Assembly (NCBI GenBank): GCA_946965045.2
Contig: OX337239.1
Location: forward strand, 2,108,001-2,172,000
Source of the DNA: Epithemia pelagica
Taxonomy: Eukaryota > Protista > Bacillariophyta
DNA: 64,000 nt
Reading direction: 5' to 3'
The notes under the pieces: model-generated
The model's input: the letters and a program-made list of their open reading frames with translations, nothing else
The model's database searches: none
What the model was told of the DNA's origin: nothing
In this document: piece by piece, positions 22,811 to 34,109 of the stretch
How positions within the stretch are numbered: the first letter of the stretch is position 1
Layout: the number at the start of each line of letters is the position of its first letter
Translations under genes and position numbers: made by a program

Positions 22811-24151
22811 GTGCGTAACTGCATTGCTAGCACGCTAAATTCATTCCCCCTGCAAGTCATATCAATGCAGGACCTGGAAACGCACTTATAACCTCAATGC
22901 CAAGAATTGGCATTGCCCATAGGGCTTACGTGGCCAATTTGTACATAGGTACGATACGGGGCACATCTTGACAATGGTGCACGAACTGTAGTTGTGCTTC
23001 CATCCTTTCTTTTTGCTGTTCAGGCTAACTGGCGTTTAAAAGCTGCAGCAATTCAACAATTCCTCTCGCTTGAACGAGTCATGCATACAATAGGACCAGG
23101 CTCATGCCCTTCCTGACGTGGGTGACAAAGTGACCGACGTCTTCCTCTGTTTTATTTGCCAGGGCGAGGCCCATCTAGGCATTCCAAATCCCATTCACTA
23201 ACTGGTTCAACCAGACTGTCGATCGTGGCTTTAGCAAAAGGAAGGAAAGCACCATCATGCACAAGATATGGATGCATTTAAGCCATCTGCTTCCCGTACG
23301 TGGGTTGAATTAGGACCAATGCCCATACGTACGAAACTGACCATTGTTCATCCGGATGGTGGTTAGTAGGCCAGCATCCAGCACGGCGCTTTTTGTTTTG
23401 CATTTTCAAATACTGGTGAGGCCATCTCGCAAATGTGTCACTTGCGTTGACATCGTTCTTGTCCTCGGGTGGAATGCAGGAGTGAATCAACTTTCAATTT
23501 TCTCCACAGCTCTTCCACAGCATTTCAGGTGAGGTCCTGGTTGTATTCCTCGTATGGGATACCAATGCTCAACAAAGTCATCTTTACAACTGACAGCCTT
23601 CAAAATATCCACGTTGTGACAGCCGCCGCATTTATGGCATTGGATTGGACACCCCATTTATATTCTCTGTATTGGACTTTTTGAGCTCAGGCCTAACCGC
23701 AATTCTCACAATGCGGTCCCAAACTGAAGAATTGGTATGGCTCATTGTCCGGGTTCGTACTTGATCCAAGAACTGAAGAACCCTTTCGGAAGTGCCTTCT
23801 GTGGTCAATCCGCCTTGTTGAGAGTGTCAACTGGCAAAGTTCCAGCATGGCACGAGGCCTTGACTGAGATATTCGAGCGCCACTGGACATGAAATATCCG
23901 ATTGCTCGAATTTGTTTGATCTTGCTGCTATTCGAGCATGCATTCATCTCTTCCGTTCTTATTCTGGGTCGTTTATGACTCGTTATATGCTGACGAGCCT
24001 GTAATTTTCCTTCTGCAGAGGTTGCGATGTTTCTCCTTCCCGATGACTGATTATCACCCATCTCACGCGCCGATGATTACACGATGTCATACAACTCTTA
24101 GGAAATCAACAGTGATGCTCTGCATGGTGAATGGCTTTGGGTCTGATAAAC

Positions 24152-24399
24152 CGAAAGATTTCTACAGTAGCAACAATCCATCGTAGGGCACGCATGGGTG
24201 CAAGGGATAACTTCGGGTTTCTACAAGAGATTATGCTACCTCCCACACATTGGAGGGTCGCCAGTTTAGAGGTCCACATCGCCATTTTGGGGCGACGTGG
24301 GCGATTCGTTCATAGATGGGCGATCGGGTCACGGGTTACTGTGAACCTTAACATAGCTCAGTCCCGCATGACATAGTGACACTGCGAAACTTATTCGGT
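24152..24399. repeat. 248-bp dispersed direct repeat, copy 2
   Basis: Identical by eye to 18667-18914; preceded by TGATAAAC at 24144. Confidence 0.95.
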
Positions 24400-24681
24400 G
24401 TTACTATGGTTTATGTGACTGTGTCTTCCTCTAGCTCTTCGCGAACTCCTAACTCCATCACTAAAAGGAACTACTGCGATGATCTCCATGTGTTCCATGG
24501 CAAAACTGAAGCGTCCTTCTATATTATATTCATAAAAATTATATGCCAATGACCATCTTTGTTCAAACCATCATCACCATGAAGCAACAGCCTAGCTCAA
24601 GAGACAATCCTCGTTCGCATAATCCCCATTTAACGTGAGCATTCTGAACTCTGAACATACATCGGTTAGTCGGTAGATCAT

Positions 24682-27600
24682 TTACCCAAATCCAGTGCTG
24701 CTATCACTCGAACTACTACTTTCTTCCTCGTCGTCGTCGTAGTCCTCCTCATCTTCTTCGTCTTCCTCGTCATTTGCGTCATTGGATTCCCCTTTGGCAT
24801 GATTGCCTCGATGCATGTAACCATCTGCCAACAAAGCTTCTTCTTCGTCATCCTCATCGTCGTCCTCGCCCAGCATGGCATCTTCCTTGGCCATTTGAGC
24901 ATACATGTTCCAATCGCTTTGAAACAACCGCCAGGTCAAGAGTATGGTTGATGTCATGTATCCTATGGCCAAGGCTGACCCAACCGCTCGCAAATCGTAT
25001 TCGGCGCCAAAAATAAATCCCGCCGCCAAGGGCATGGTGAGCAACCATCGACACAATAAAATGGACGAAGAGGCCACACCAAACCGGCCTTGCGATCCCA
25101 GCAAACTCCAATACACTTGTGCCATTGACATGGTTATGTTGGCCAAACCAGTCACGCCCACCAAATCATTAAACAAATTTTGCAAGGTAGAATCTTCCGT
25201 CAAGGCGACGGACAAGTTAAGACCCAACAATAAAAAGACCGACGTCACCAACAAGGACAAGACCATCCCCAACAAGACCGATTTGTGCGCCAACTGTCGG
25301 GCCAAATCTGGAACATTTTCAGACAAGACCAAGGACACTCGAACAGCCGCAGCTTCGCCGAGCCCCTCCGTCGAAGCTTCAAAGATTTCCCACACAATAC
25401 CCATGAGGGCCCAGGCAGCTACTTCGGCACCACCCAAATGACGAATAAAGAGCAACAAAATCTCCCACTCTCGTAACTCAATCAACGATCCAAGGAGTAA
25501 GGGCATGGTTGTGCCCACAAACGCCCAGGCCGCTTGTCGGTCTGACAAAGCCAAAGTTCCCAACAAGCCCTTGCGATAGGGTTGTACAAGGCCCTTGAAA
25601 ACGACAATGCCCACTTTGGTTGCAATTTTGATTATTCCAACCACGACCTGTAACCAGGCAATCCAATTCAGAGATGGATTTTCCGCCATACTGGCCGTCA
25701 AGGCAATGGCAGCAATCGTCACCGCAGCCGCGATGAGATCAACGTTCAATTCAAATTGTGCCTGACCAGTCATGTGAAACACCAACATGAAGGTACGAGA
25801 AGCCGCCTGAAGGGCATAATCCACCACAATAATGCGAGTGTACTCGGCCGCCAACTGTCCCACTTGATCATTGCCAGGTACCAGCCACGTCACAACATCT
25901 TCCATTACGAACGCCCACGCTACCAAAACGGGGATGGCCAAGGCCAATTGGACTAAAATGGCCATTTGAACGTGTCGTCCCGCCATGAAAAAGCCGGCAT
26001 CACCACCCATGGACAGTGCCTGATGCAAGAGCGACGATTCGGCATCGGTAATGGCTCCTGACAATTCTTCCGTAGTGATACGAACAAACAAAATCACCAA
26101 CACAAAGGCCACCATAGAGTCGGTATCGATAAAGTGCGAAATAATTGCCACCATTCCCAATCGAAAACACGGTTCGGCAATGGCACCCAAGGTGGATGGT
26201 GCCGCCAAGAAGAGTATGCGACGGACTTCGTCATCCGGTTCCGCCAGTTCCAGCAAATTGGAACAACAGGATGGGGGAGGCTCAATTTCATCCTTATAAT
26301 TGTCGTCGTTCGAATCCGAGTTGAAATCGTCGACATCATAGGGGGCACCATCATACGTGGGTGATGGAAGTGAAATGCCTGGATCAAATGCATCGGCTGC
26401 ATCATCTGGTGACACGACATCGGGTGAAAGCGTTGGCATACGTGACCGGCCACTACTTGTACGACTAATCACGGACGATGGACCCTTGGCTGTACCTCGC
26501 ATCATGGACAATCGCCGAAAATTTGGCATGCTGGTTCCCGAAGTCACTAACTTGGTGGGATTACGAGAAGGCATTGCTTTCGTGGTGGCCGTCCCTTGTT
26601 GCTGTTGCAAGGCTTGTTGTTGCTGTCGTTGTTGTTGTGCTGCCGATTTTTGAACGTACCGTTGTCGGTAAAATTCGGCTTCTCCCTGAACCGTTTCTTG
26701 TTCCAGGACATGACTTGCCACTTCACTCAGGGATGCCCCGCCTCCTCCCCTACGATGTTGCGACAAGGACGACACACCCGAGAGTCCAGTCCGTCGAGAG
26801 TGGTTGCTACTATGACGACTGTTTCCATCGCCATTCTGGGAGGATTCATGCAATAGTTCTTGGACATGATGTCGCTCTTGCTGAACCAATCGTTGTACAC
26901 TTCGTCCACTAAAATGCCCATGTCGAAATCTCATGGTAGCACTTGACATTAAATCCCATGATCGTAGTGGACGTTGTAGGTATTGCGGATTGGAAGCTTC
27001 TGCTGCTGTCAAATCCGGATGCAACCCGGCATCTTGTGAATATTCTCCCTGTGTGTAATGCTGTGGTTGATGCGGTTGCGGCCAATGCTGTTCCTGCTGG
27101 AATTGTTCCGTGGAAGTAAGGTTTTGTCTGTTGCTCGCTGGTAAAGCCTTCATTGAGCCATGTGTCTTGTTGAGGGCCATATTCTTGTTGTTGTTGACCT
27201 GTTGAGGGTGGTGGAAGGAAGAACGAATAGCCCCGTTTGGAAGAGATCGTGGTTTCATATCCACAGAGGAGAACGATGTTGTCGCTATTCCATCATCCTC
27301 CGTCGTGGTGCTTGTTATTGGTTCTGAAGGAGGATGGAGTGCCGCGGAAGTTGCACTACTCGTAGCATCAGCTCTGGAAAGAGATGGGAGCTCCACTTCC
27401 CCACCACTGTGGAGTTTGGTTGGAGCATTCAACCTTGTGCTTGTATTATTGGAACCATCTGGTTGTACAATGGTTTGCGAAGGTGGATTTCGTGGCTGCA
27501 GTACTGGTGGAAATCCCTCCGTCTCATCTTTCGTTGTTGGCTTCCTTTCGTCGTCGTCATCGTCATCCTGAGTGCCTGGCGCCGGTGGTTCCATTACCAC

Positions 27601-28332
27601 AGCACCCTGTGTGGTGGCTGTCGTCCAAGTTCGGCCATCTCCACCTGTGCCACCTGTGGTATCGGAACGTGATGACGAGCACAAGGAGGAGGAGGACTTT
27701 TTTTGGGACATTGTGGTTCTGGTCGATGTTGTTGGTGTCGTAGTAGTAGTTGCATTGGGATGACTACTACTGGGAGTTGGATGCAGGTGATGCAAGGTTG
27801 GAGGAGAGCTGCAGATCTCATGATCTTGTAGTGGTTGTTGCTCTTGAAGACCCACCGCAGAAGACGAATTTCTCGAAAATGACTTATTATTCGTAGGTGA
27901 GGATATAGCAGGCATATCCATTCCTTGTGGCTTCAGCAGAGTCGTACTGGCTTCTTCCCTGGTACCTGGTTCCTCTTGTTCGATATTTGTGGATTGTGCA
28001 GGATGATTGGTGGTAGAGGTCGTATTGTTTGTGTTTGTCAATGGATTGCCTGTGGTTTTGTTGGTTTTCTTGTTGTGTGTCAAGAGCGTCAACACAAAGA
28101 CCAAGGAAACCACCACATAGGCTACACTCACCACCAGCAAGGCGATAGGAGTTTCTACCGTATCTTCCATGTAGAAGGGGAATCCCAACCATCGATGAGC
28201 CAAACTACCGCTTCTGTTGCTCGCAGTAGAAACATGGGCCTCATAATATTCAGTATCATCCTGGTCCTCTGCCGTGTGAACAGCCAAAGAGGACCAATGC
28301 GAGGACAACGACCACCAGGATTCGCCCTTCAT
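24682..28332 (-). CDS. MATE-family transporter with a long low-complexity N-terminal extension
   Basis: The C-terminal ~450 aa has two MATE-like halves (EVRRILFLAAPSTLG..., MPLLLGSLIELREWE...HLGGAEVAAWA). The N-terminus has one TM helix and then ~600 aa of S/T/Q-rich sequence. Confidence 0.8.
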   Translation of the reverse strand: MKGESWWSLSSHWSSLAVHTAEDQDDTEYYEAHVSTASNRSGSLAHRWLGFPFYMEDTVETPIALLVVSVAYVVVSLVFVLTLLTHNKKTNKTTGNPLTNTNNTTSTTNHPAQSTNIEQEEPGTREEASTTLLKPQGMDMPAISSPTNNKSFSRNSSSAVGLQEQQPLQDHEICSSPPTLHHLHPTPSSSHPNATTTTTPTTSTRTTMSQKKSSSSLCSSSRSDTTGGTGGDGRTWTTATTQGAVVMEPPAPGTQDDDDDDERKPTTKDETEGFPPVLQPRNPPSQTIVQPDGSNNTSTRLNAPTKLHSGGEVELPSLSRADATSSATSAALHPPSEPITSTTTEDDGIATTSFSSVDMKPRSLPNGAIRSSFHHPQQVNNNKNMALNKTHGSMKALPASNRQNLTSTEQFQQEQHWPQPHQPQHYTQGEYSQDAGLHPDLTAAEASNPQYLQRPLRSWDLMSSATMRFRHGHFSGRSVQRLVQQERHHVQELLHESSQNGDGNSRHSSNHSRRTGLSGVSSLSQHRRGGGGASLSEVASHVLEQETVQGEAEFYRQRYVQKSAAQQQRQQQQALQQQQGTATTKAMPSRNPTKLVTSGTSMPNFRRLSMMRGTAKGPSSVISRTSSGRSRMPTLSPDVVSPDDAADAFDPGISLPSPTYDGAPYDVDDFNSDSNDDNYKDEIEPPPSCCSNLLELAEPDDEVRRILFLAAPSTLGAIAEPCFRLGMVAIISHFIDTDSMVAFVLVILFVRITTEELSGAITDAESSLLHQALSMGGDAGFFMAGRHVQMAILVQLALAIPVLVAWAFVMEDVVTWLVPGNDQVGQLAAEYTRIIVVDYALQAASRTFMLVFHMTGQAQFELNVDLIAAAVTIAAIALTASMAENPSLNWIAWLQVVVGIIKIATKVGIVVFKGLVQPYRKGLLGTLALSDRQAAWAFVGTTMPLLLGSLIELREWEILLLFIRHLGGAEVAAWALMGIVWEIFEASTEGLGEAAAVRVSLVLSENVPDLARQLAHKSVLLGMVLSLLVTSVFLLLGLNLSVALTEDSTLQNLFNDLVGVTGLANITMSMAQVYWSLLGSQGRFGVASSSILLCRWLLTMPLAAGFIFGAEYDLRAVGSALAIGYMTSTILLTWRLFQSDWNMYAQMAKEDAMLGEDDDEDDEEEALLADGYMHRGNHAKGESNDANDEEDEEDEEDYDDDEEESSSSSDSSTGFG

Positions 28333-28778
28333 TTTCTCACAGGGTTGAGCAGTTGTGAATGTTCTTTTGTGCGTTGGTGTATGCTAGCGTGAATCTTGTG
28401 TTCGGAATCATCCACCACTTAAACCTTCTTTCAAAAAACCACCAAACGGCGAGAAAAACGCTCGTCACTGCCGTGATGGTTGTGCCCTCTGATACTTTAT
28501 TGTTCCGAAACAAATCAAGTGAGAAAGCAAAGAGCCTGAGTCGCTCCACCAACGCTTCTTTCTATCTTGAATCAAGCTAGTCGTCACACAACAACATAAT
28601 CGGTGCATTAAAATGAAAGAGGCCAAATCATACAAGATTGCTTGTGGCGCTGCCACTGCGACCTGCGACATGAACATGAAAAGGTCTCGCGTCCCTGCGA
28701 AGTGAAACCATGGAAGACGCGAAAAATTGTCGTGCAAATCACAGCAGTTTGTCTAGGTGAACTGGGAAACCACCCCAT

Positions 28779-28947
28779 CCGGAACGACCAAGAAGCAAGA
28801 ACACCATTCGAAAATAGTGTAGATCGTAACAGTGGATATCTATCTTACCTATACTCTAGCTTTCCCGGAACGACCTAGAAGCAAGAACACCATTCAATAA
28901 TAGTGTAGATCGTAACAGTGGATATCTATCTTACCTATACTCTAGCT
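28779..28947. repeat. 86-bp tandem duplication upstream of the MATE gene
   Basis: CCGGAACGACC(A/T)AGAAGCAAGAACACCATTC...CTATACTCTAGCT at 28779 and 28865. Confidence 0.9.
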
Positions 28948-29383
28948 GTCGAAAGCAATAGATCGTCAAATCTCTACCTAGAGCTACGAGAGGAAGAGCA
29001 ACAAGGGAAAACGATCTTCTATCGGTTGCAAAGGCGACCTCTGTCCCGAGAAATCTGGGCGTATTCCGAATGTTGTCTTGGAAGTGAAGAGCTTGTGGTA
29101 TCTGCGGCATCAAGTATCAAAAACTCAGATCGAGGCATCACAAGGCTGCACTGCAAAGGCGTGCAAGTCACAGACCATGGTTGGTTGTGCATAGAACCGT
29201 TTCCATCAAATATGTACAAGTACAGGTCACGTGGACCTCCAATCATGCGCCACACTTATTTCAGTGTTCCTCGAAACATGCTTGTTCGATAATCCACTGC
29301 CTCCTTTGACCTCTCCAATCAGTCGTCTTGGTCCACACGTTTCGACTCAACGTGGACAGGAAGGTTGGCAAATCAAATACTAC

Positions 29384-32300
29384 TCACACTGAGCTTTCGG
29401 ATGGAGAGCTGGCCTCAGATTCCGAGGGAGTGCTGGACTCAGAAGGAATGGTACAGCTGGGATCTTCTTCGTCCCCTTCATCCATTGTTGTGTCTAGTTG
29501 CTCTTCTTCTTTCTTCGGCGCGTCTTCCTTGAGCACCGCTAATGGTTGCGGTTGCTTTTCTTCTGTTGCCTTTTCGTGTCGTGGGAGCACAGATTCTTCG
29601 GAGGGTTCCTCCTCGCCTTCGTCGCCTTCCACCACACTTGGAAGAAGTTCACTGTCTCGAAAATCACGAGCTATAGAAATGCCCTCGACTGCACTTGGAA
29701 GATCGCTGTCACGTGAATCTCGGGATACGTAATCGACGCAAAATTCATTCGAACATTCGGAACAGACTAAGCCGCTTACACCACTCATAAAACTCCCTCG
29801 GGCGTCACTCATATAACTGGCTCGGGAAATCGACAAACGATCAGGATGCGTCCCCCGGCCATCGCCCTGTTTCTTGTCGTCTGAAAGGAATTTGGGGAGA
29901 AAGTAAATGCCACAGGTGGCAATGACATCCATACTCACCACCAAACTCACAAGTCGGGCACTCGTCCACACTCCCAGAGAATCCTCCAGAGCAAAGAGCG
30001 CTACTCGACACAACACAAACACAAAATGCGAATAAATCAATGTGGCCAGAATCCGTGACTCATTGTATTCGTCTCGCAGATTGCGTGTTTGAAAGGCAAT
30101 GACTGTGGCAGTCAAAAGCAACACGGCATGCCAAATGACGGACCCCGCCCGCCAACCTCCCGAACTTGAGTCGCAGTAGTATGTGACTTCCACAATCGAA
30201 TCGCCTTCGGACGTCTCCTCGTCCGTCAAGTCGTATTCCGTCGATCGGCGCGGTGGGTCAATCACGGTCTAACAAATCATAAAGACAAAAACCAACGCCA
30301 CAAGGCCAGCGACGGCTTGGAAAAGTTTCTTTCGACTCACAGTAATGCGTTTGAAACGCCGTGAGGCATTAACCAGTCGATTAATGGCCGCAACCTTAAC
30401 AATCAGTGGGACCAACTCGAGTGTGTAGCCAACTGCAAGCAACCACATGGCGGCCACGCATATAGGGTCGGTAGGTGGAGCAACCCACAATACACTGTCG
30501 ATGGAAACCAAAAACAACCCCACCCACAACAGTCCCAAAAATTCTGGCTGCGCGTATCGGACCGCTCGTTTCTTTCGAAGTTTGATGGTCAAACCAATTG
30601 TGGTAAGAACTGCCGTAATGGAAAGGATGCTCATAACCAAGGCTACATGTTGCAGTGGCTCTTCGTACAGGTTCTCATCCTCTTGAATTGTACGGGGATA
30701 GGTCAAGGGAATCATGGATTCCACGAGTTCGAGGTTTTCCACCAACCAGCTGCAGACGGCCTCGCGTGGATCCGATCCAAGTTGATCGCCCCCTGTCTTG
30801 AGCCAAAACTGGAAAATTTCACCAATTTGGAGCTCGGAAACTGTGAATGTTTTTAATACATCATAGGCAGGACTCCAGAGTGCTTCCGGTTGGTTGGGAT
30901 TGTTGGATAGAGGTTGAATGGTGGTGGACAAGACACGGCCCACATTGTGCATTCGATGTCCACACGCGCCCCGTGGATCCCCCACCCGAACTTGCCAATC
31001 CGACGAACAACGGTCCTGGGCTGATACACGATGTTTCACACATTCTTGGGTGGGTAAGGGTAGGGATACCTTTTGAAACTCTGCATCGGTGCCCATAAAC
31101 GTGTGCGACAATGCTTCCGGTGTCCACCATCTCATCATTTCATTGGATTTTGTCTCATTGGCCGCGGCCCAAATCTCGGTCAATTGGGAGTACTTGTAGC
31201 CGTTGGACCCTGGTTCTTTTCCAGTGCTTTTTAAGCCAATGCCCAAATGATAGAGATTCTGTTCGGCCGCCGAAGACCAACCACAGGGATAATCACTAAT
31301 GTGTCCGGTACACGTTTCCGGAAATTCAGTGCAATTGTTGTCGGCGGTTTTGCGGAAATGTCCCTTGTACACGCCTTGAATGTACATGCGATCGTATTCC
31401 GATTTGTCCTTTGGGGGTCGACGGGCAGTTCCATTCACACTGTCGTAATCCTCGTCGAAGCAGCGAGAGGGAGAAACCTCTGAACAATAATCTCGAAAGG
31501 TGATGGGTCGCAAAAAGGCATTCGCCAGTTTCTCTCGATTTTCCTCTCCCTGCAATCCCAAGTACGACAAGAGTGTAGGGTCTCGTTGCGCTGTAAATCG
31601 GGGAATAAACCAACCGGCATCACCCAGCATACCACTGGGGAGAGGAAAAGAATAAGAAACCAAATAACAAAGATAACAACAGATGCAAACAAGCTGACTG
31701 AGAAATGCCCTTCCCGAAAGAGCCACGTATGAATGGATCGAGTCTAAACCGACAGAGCTTACCTCGGAACTGGTTGTTCAATTTCACCTCGGACAAAGCT
31801 ACGATTGACCGCTTCAAATCGACCATGCCACAGTTCTAACATGACATGAGCACAGGCCTAATAATCCTCCTCATCGTCGTCGTCGGACGGAGTGGGAGTC
31901 TCATCACGTGGCGTAATTTGGTGAGTCTTGCTGAGGCCTGTACAATCTCCCTTTCGTTGATACGCCGTTTGAATGGCTTCCCAAGAATAGGCAACCCCAT
32001 ATTGCAAGGGATTACTGGGATCATAGACGTTAATTTTGGCATTGGCCTTTCCGGATTCCAACGTGACGGGGACTCCCAACAGTTCGGACAAAATCATTTG
32101 ATAGAGCCAGCCTTGAAAGACGGTCGACTCCCAACTGCCGGCTGCCATGCGAATTTCTTGGTACGAAATGGTTCTCGGAATGATCGTCGTGGAATGGGAG
32201 GACCCTCCCAAGTTCATGGGATCACAAAAGCCCAACTCGGCCGCTTCGGGTGGATCTTCCGAGTTGCAGACTCGAATCTTGCGCCAATTCTCCTTGCGCT

Positions 32301-32547
32301 GCGCCAAGCAACCTCCTTGAAAAAATGGATTGCTGCAAAGGCCGTTGGATCCACATTGCGAGCCACTCCTCCAAGCACTGCAATCGGCGTCCGTGGAACA
32401 AGACCGAGGCTGCGCCGAGACAAGACAACTACTCAGACCAACCGCAAAGAAGAAAACAACATGGCAAAGTAAGTACGAAGGGGTTCTTCTTCTGGTTCCG
32501 TTCCAGTTTGATCCACTTGCTGGACCGTAGAGCAGACATGCACTCAT
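29384..32547 (-). pseudogene. Class C (GABA-B-like) GPCR with solute-binding-type ectodomain; two in-frame TAG stops
   Basis: Signal peptide and QEIRMAAGSWESTVFQGWLYQMILSELLGVP ectodomain; 7TM motifs RYAQPEFL, GYTLELVPLIVKVAAINRL, LRDEYNES. GT-AG intron at 31762-31635. In-frame TAG at 31860-31858 (EEDY*ACAHV) and 30271-30269 (FMIC*TVIDPP). Confidence 0.82.
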
Positions 32548-32717
32548 TTGCTATAACGAAGCTGTGATTCAACCGTATATTGGTTCTCTCATGGGAGTAC
32601 GACAAACGACGAAACTCTCTACTCTCCTACTTGTTGTTTGTGTTGACGATGATTGACGATCGATCGATGATCGATGTTCGATCTCTACAATGTACACTGT
32701 ACACCTTACCTATTTTT

Positions 32718-33639
32718 TAGAGCTGGGTCAAGCGTCAAGCGCTCAAGCGCTCATGCGCTTGACCTCTCAAGCGCTTGAGGAGCTCCAGCGCAGAAAGGGT
32801 GTTGCTTGAGAGCTCAAGCGCTCAAGCACCCGGACTACCGGAAAGTCCCTAAACGTAGCAAAAACCCTCATTCATCTGCCCCTCACACCTTTCCAAAATG
32901 CCCGAGAACTCCAGTGATGATGAGAATGAGTCATCATACCATCCAGATGATGATAATGATGAGCAAGTGTCCGAAGAGGAAATAATAGCAGGAAGTTCCT
33001 TCTCCAACCAAGAGGGCAAGGACAGAAGTGGAGTTTGAAGTCAGTGACACGCTGGGAGAAATGATGGATGACGAAGAGGATGACAATGGAGACTCCAGGA
33101 AGATTTATAGTGGAGGGGTATCCTATGCTACCATCTGCCGTCTTGAAATTGACAAGTTCCGTACAACGGCAGGACTTAAAATGTACTACGTGAACAAGGC
33201 TGGGACGAAAGTTGCACAAGATCCTTTGCTCTCTTGGTGGAAAGGAAAGGCAAGTGAGTTTCCCAATATTTGGTGACTTGCTCTTAAGTATGTTGCCATG
33301 CCGGCAACAGCAGCCTCCTCTGAACGGGCATTCAGTATTGCTGGTCTGATAATCACGCCAAAACAATCATACTTTGATCCTTCAACAGTTTCTGATCTCC
33401 ATTTTTTGCGTGAGAACTGGGGAAGTATCTTCTAACAGAGTTTCCATTGCATATCAGTTACATAATAAGAGTAGTTACCATTTCACTAGAGGTATTGCGA
33501 TGAGTCTATTGCCATAGTTTCCCGTGTTAGCCCTGTTCGCTGCCGCTTGAGCGCTTGAGCGCTTGAATTTGGTCCTAGCTCAAGCGCTCAAGCGCTTGAG
33601 TTCTCCAGCAGAAAAAAGCTGTTGCTTGACCCAGCTCTA
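32718..33639 (+). mobile_element. Internally deleted hAT DNA transposon (922 bp)
   Basis: 16-bp TIR TAGAGCTGGGTCAAGC; 8-bp TSD CTATTTTT at 32710-32717 and 33640-33647; CTCAAGCG subterminal repeats; dimerisation-domain remnant DPLLSWW...W*LALKYVAMPATAASSERAFS (33028-33435). Confidence 0.95.
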
Positions 33640-34109
33640 CTATTTTTTCCTTCGAGGATGCGAGAATATCAATCGTCTTCACTCCCTCTGGGAAGTAAAC
33701 CTTTGTAGCATGATGCGAAAATCGCGGTGCATAATACAATACGCCTATTGTAAATGAGCATGGTATTGGAAAATTCCAGAAGGTGTACTTTCCAGCATGC
33801 CGAAGTTTGGAAACTTTGCATCTGATCAGACAATGGGAAATGCGACGGAGTTCGGATTTGGACTTAAGCCTAAAAGACTTAAATATGAAGATTGAATCTA
33901 TGGCGCTTATCGATCATGGACACCCGGTACTTGAGTATTCTTTGTAGTATTGTACTCTTTTGATGTGAATCGCTGTACTTCTTATTTCTTATCATCCATC
34001 CACATCATCCACCAGATTTCAGTGGTCGGTGGTCGCACTTCCGGTGGCCATCAGGATCCACTGCCTATCTTGTATCTTGTGCGCCGCTTTTCTTGATACA
34101 CCTTTGGCA

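Larger units (their letters stand above)
18915..24151 (-). mobile_element. Decayed transposable-element-derived block (unclassified)
   Basis: No ORF over 200 aa. Many broken minus-strand frames, Cys-rich fragments (QCHKCGGCH; CDTFCL...CESCVRQLC), internal duplications, tandem arrays and visible TG/CA excess. Confidence 0.55.

Noticed and set aside
24138-24158. tRNA-Ile(GAU) anticodon-arm-like hairpin TTTGGGT-CTGATAA-ACCGAAA
   Set aside because: No D arm, T arm or acceptor stem around it, and the stem has a mismatch.
29384-32547. Genome-wide TAG reassignment to explain the GPCR stops
   Set aside because: TAG is the natural terminator of the Ubc6 gene (14156-14158) and the SatP gene (48217-48219) in this window.
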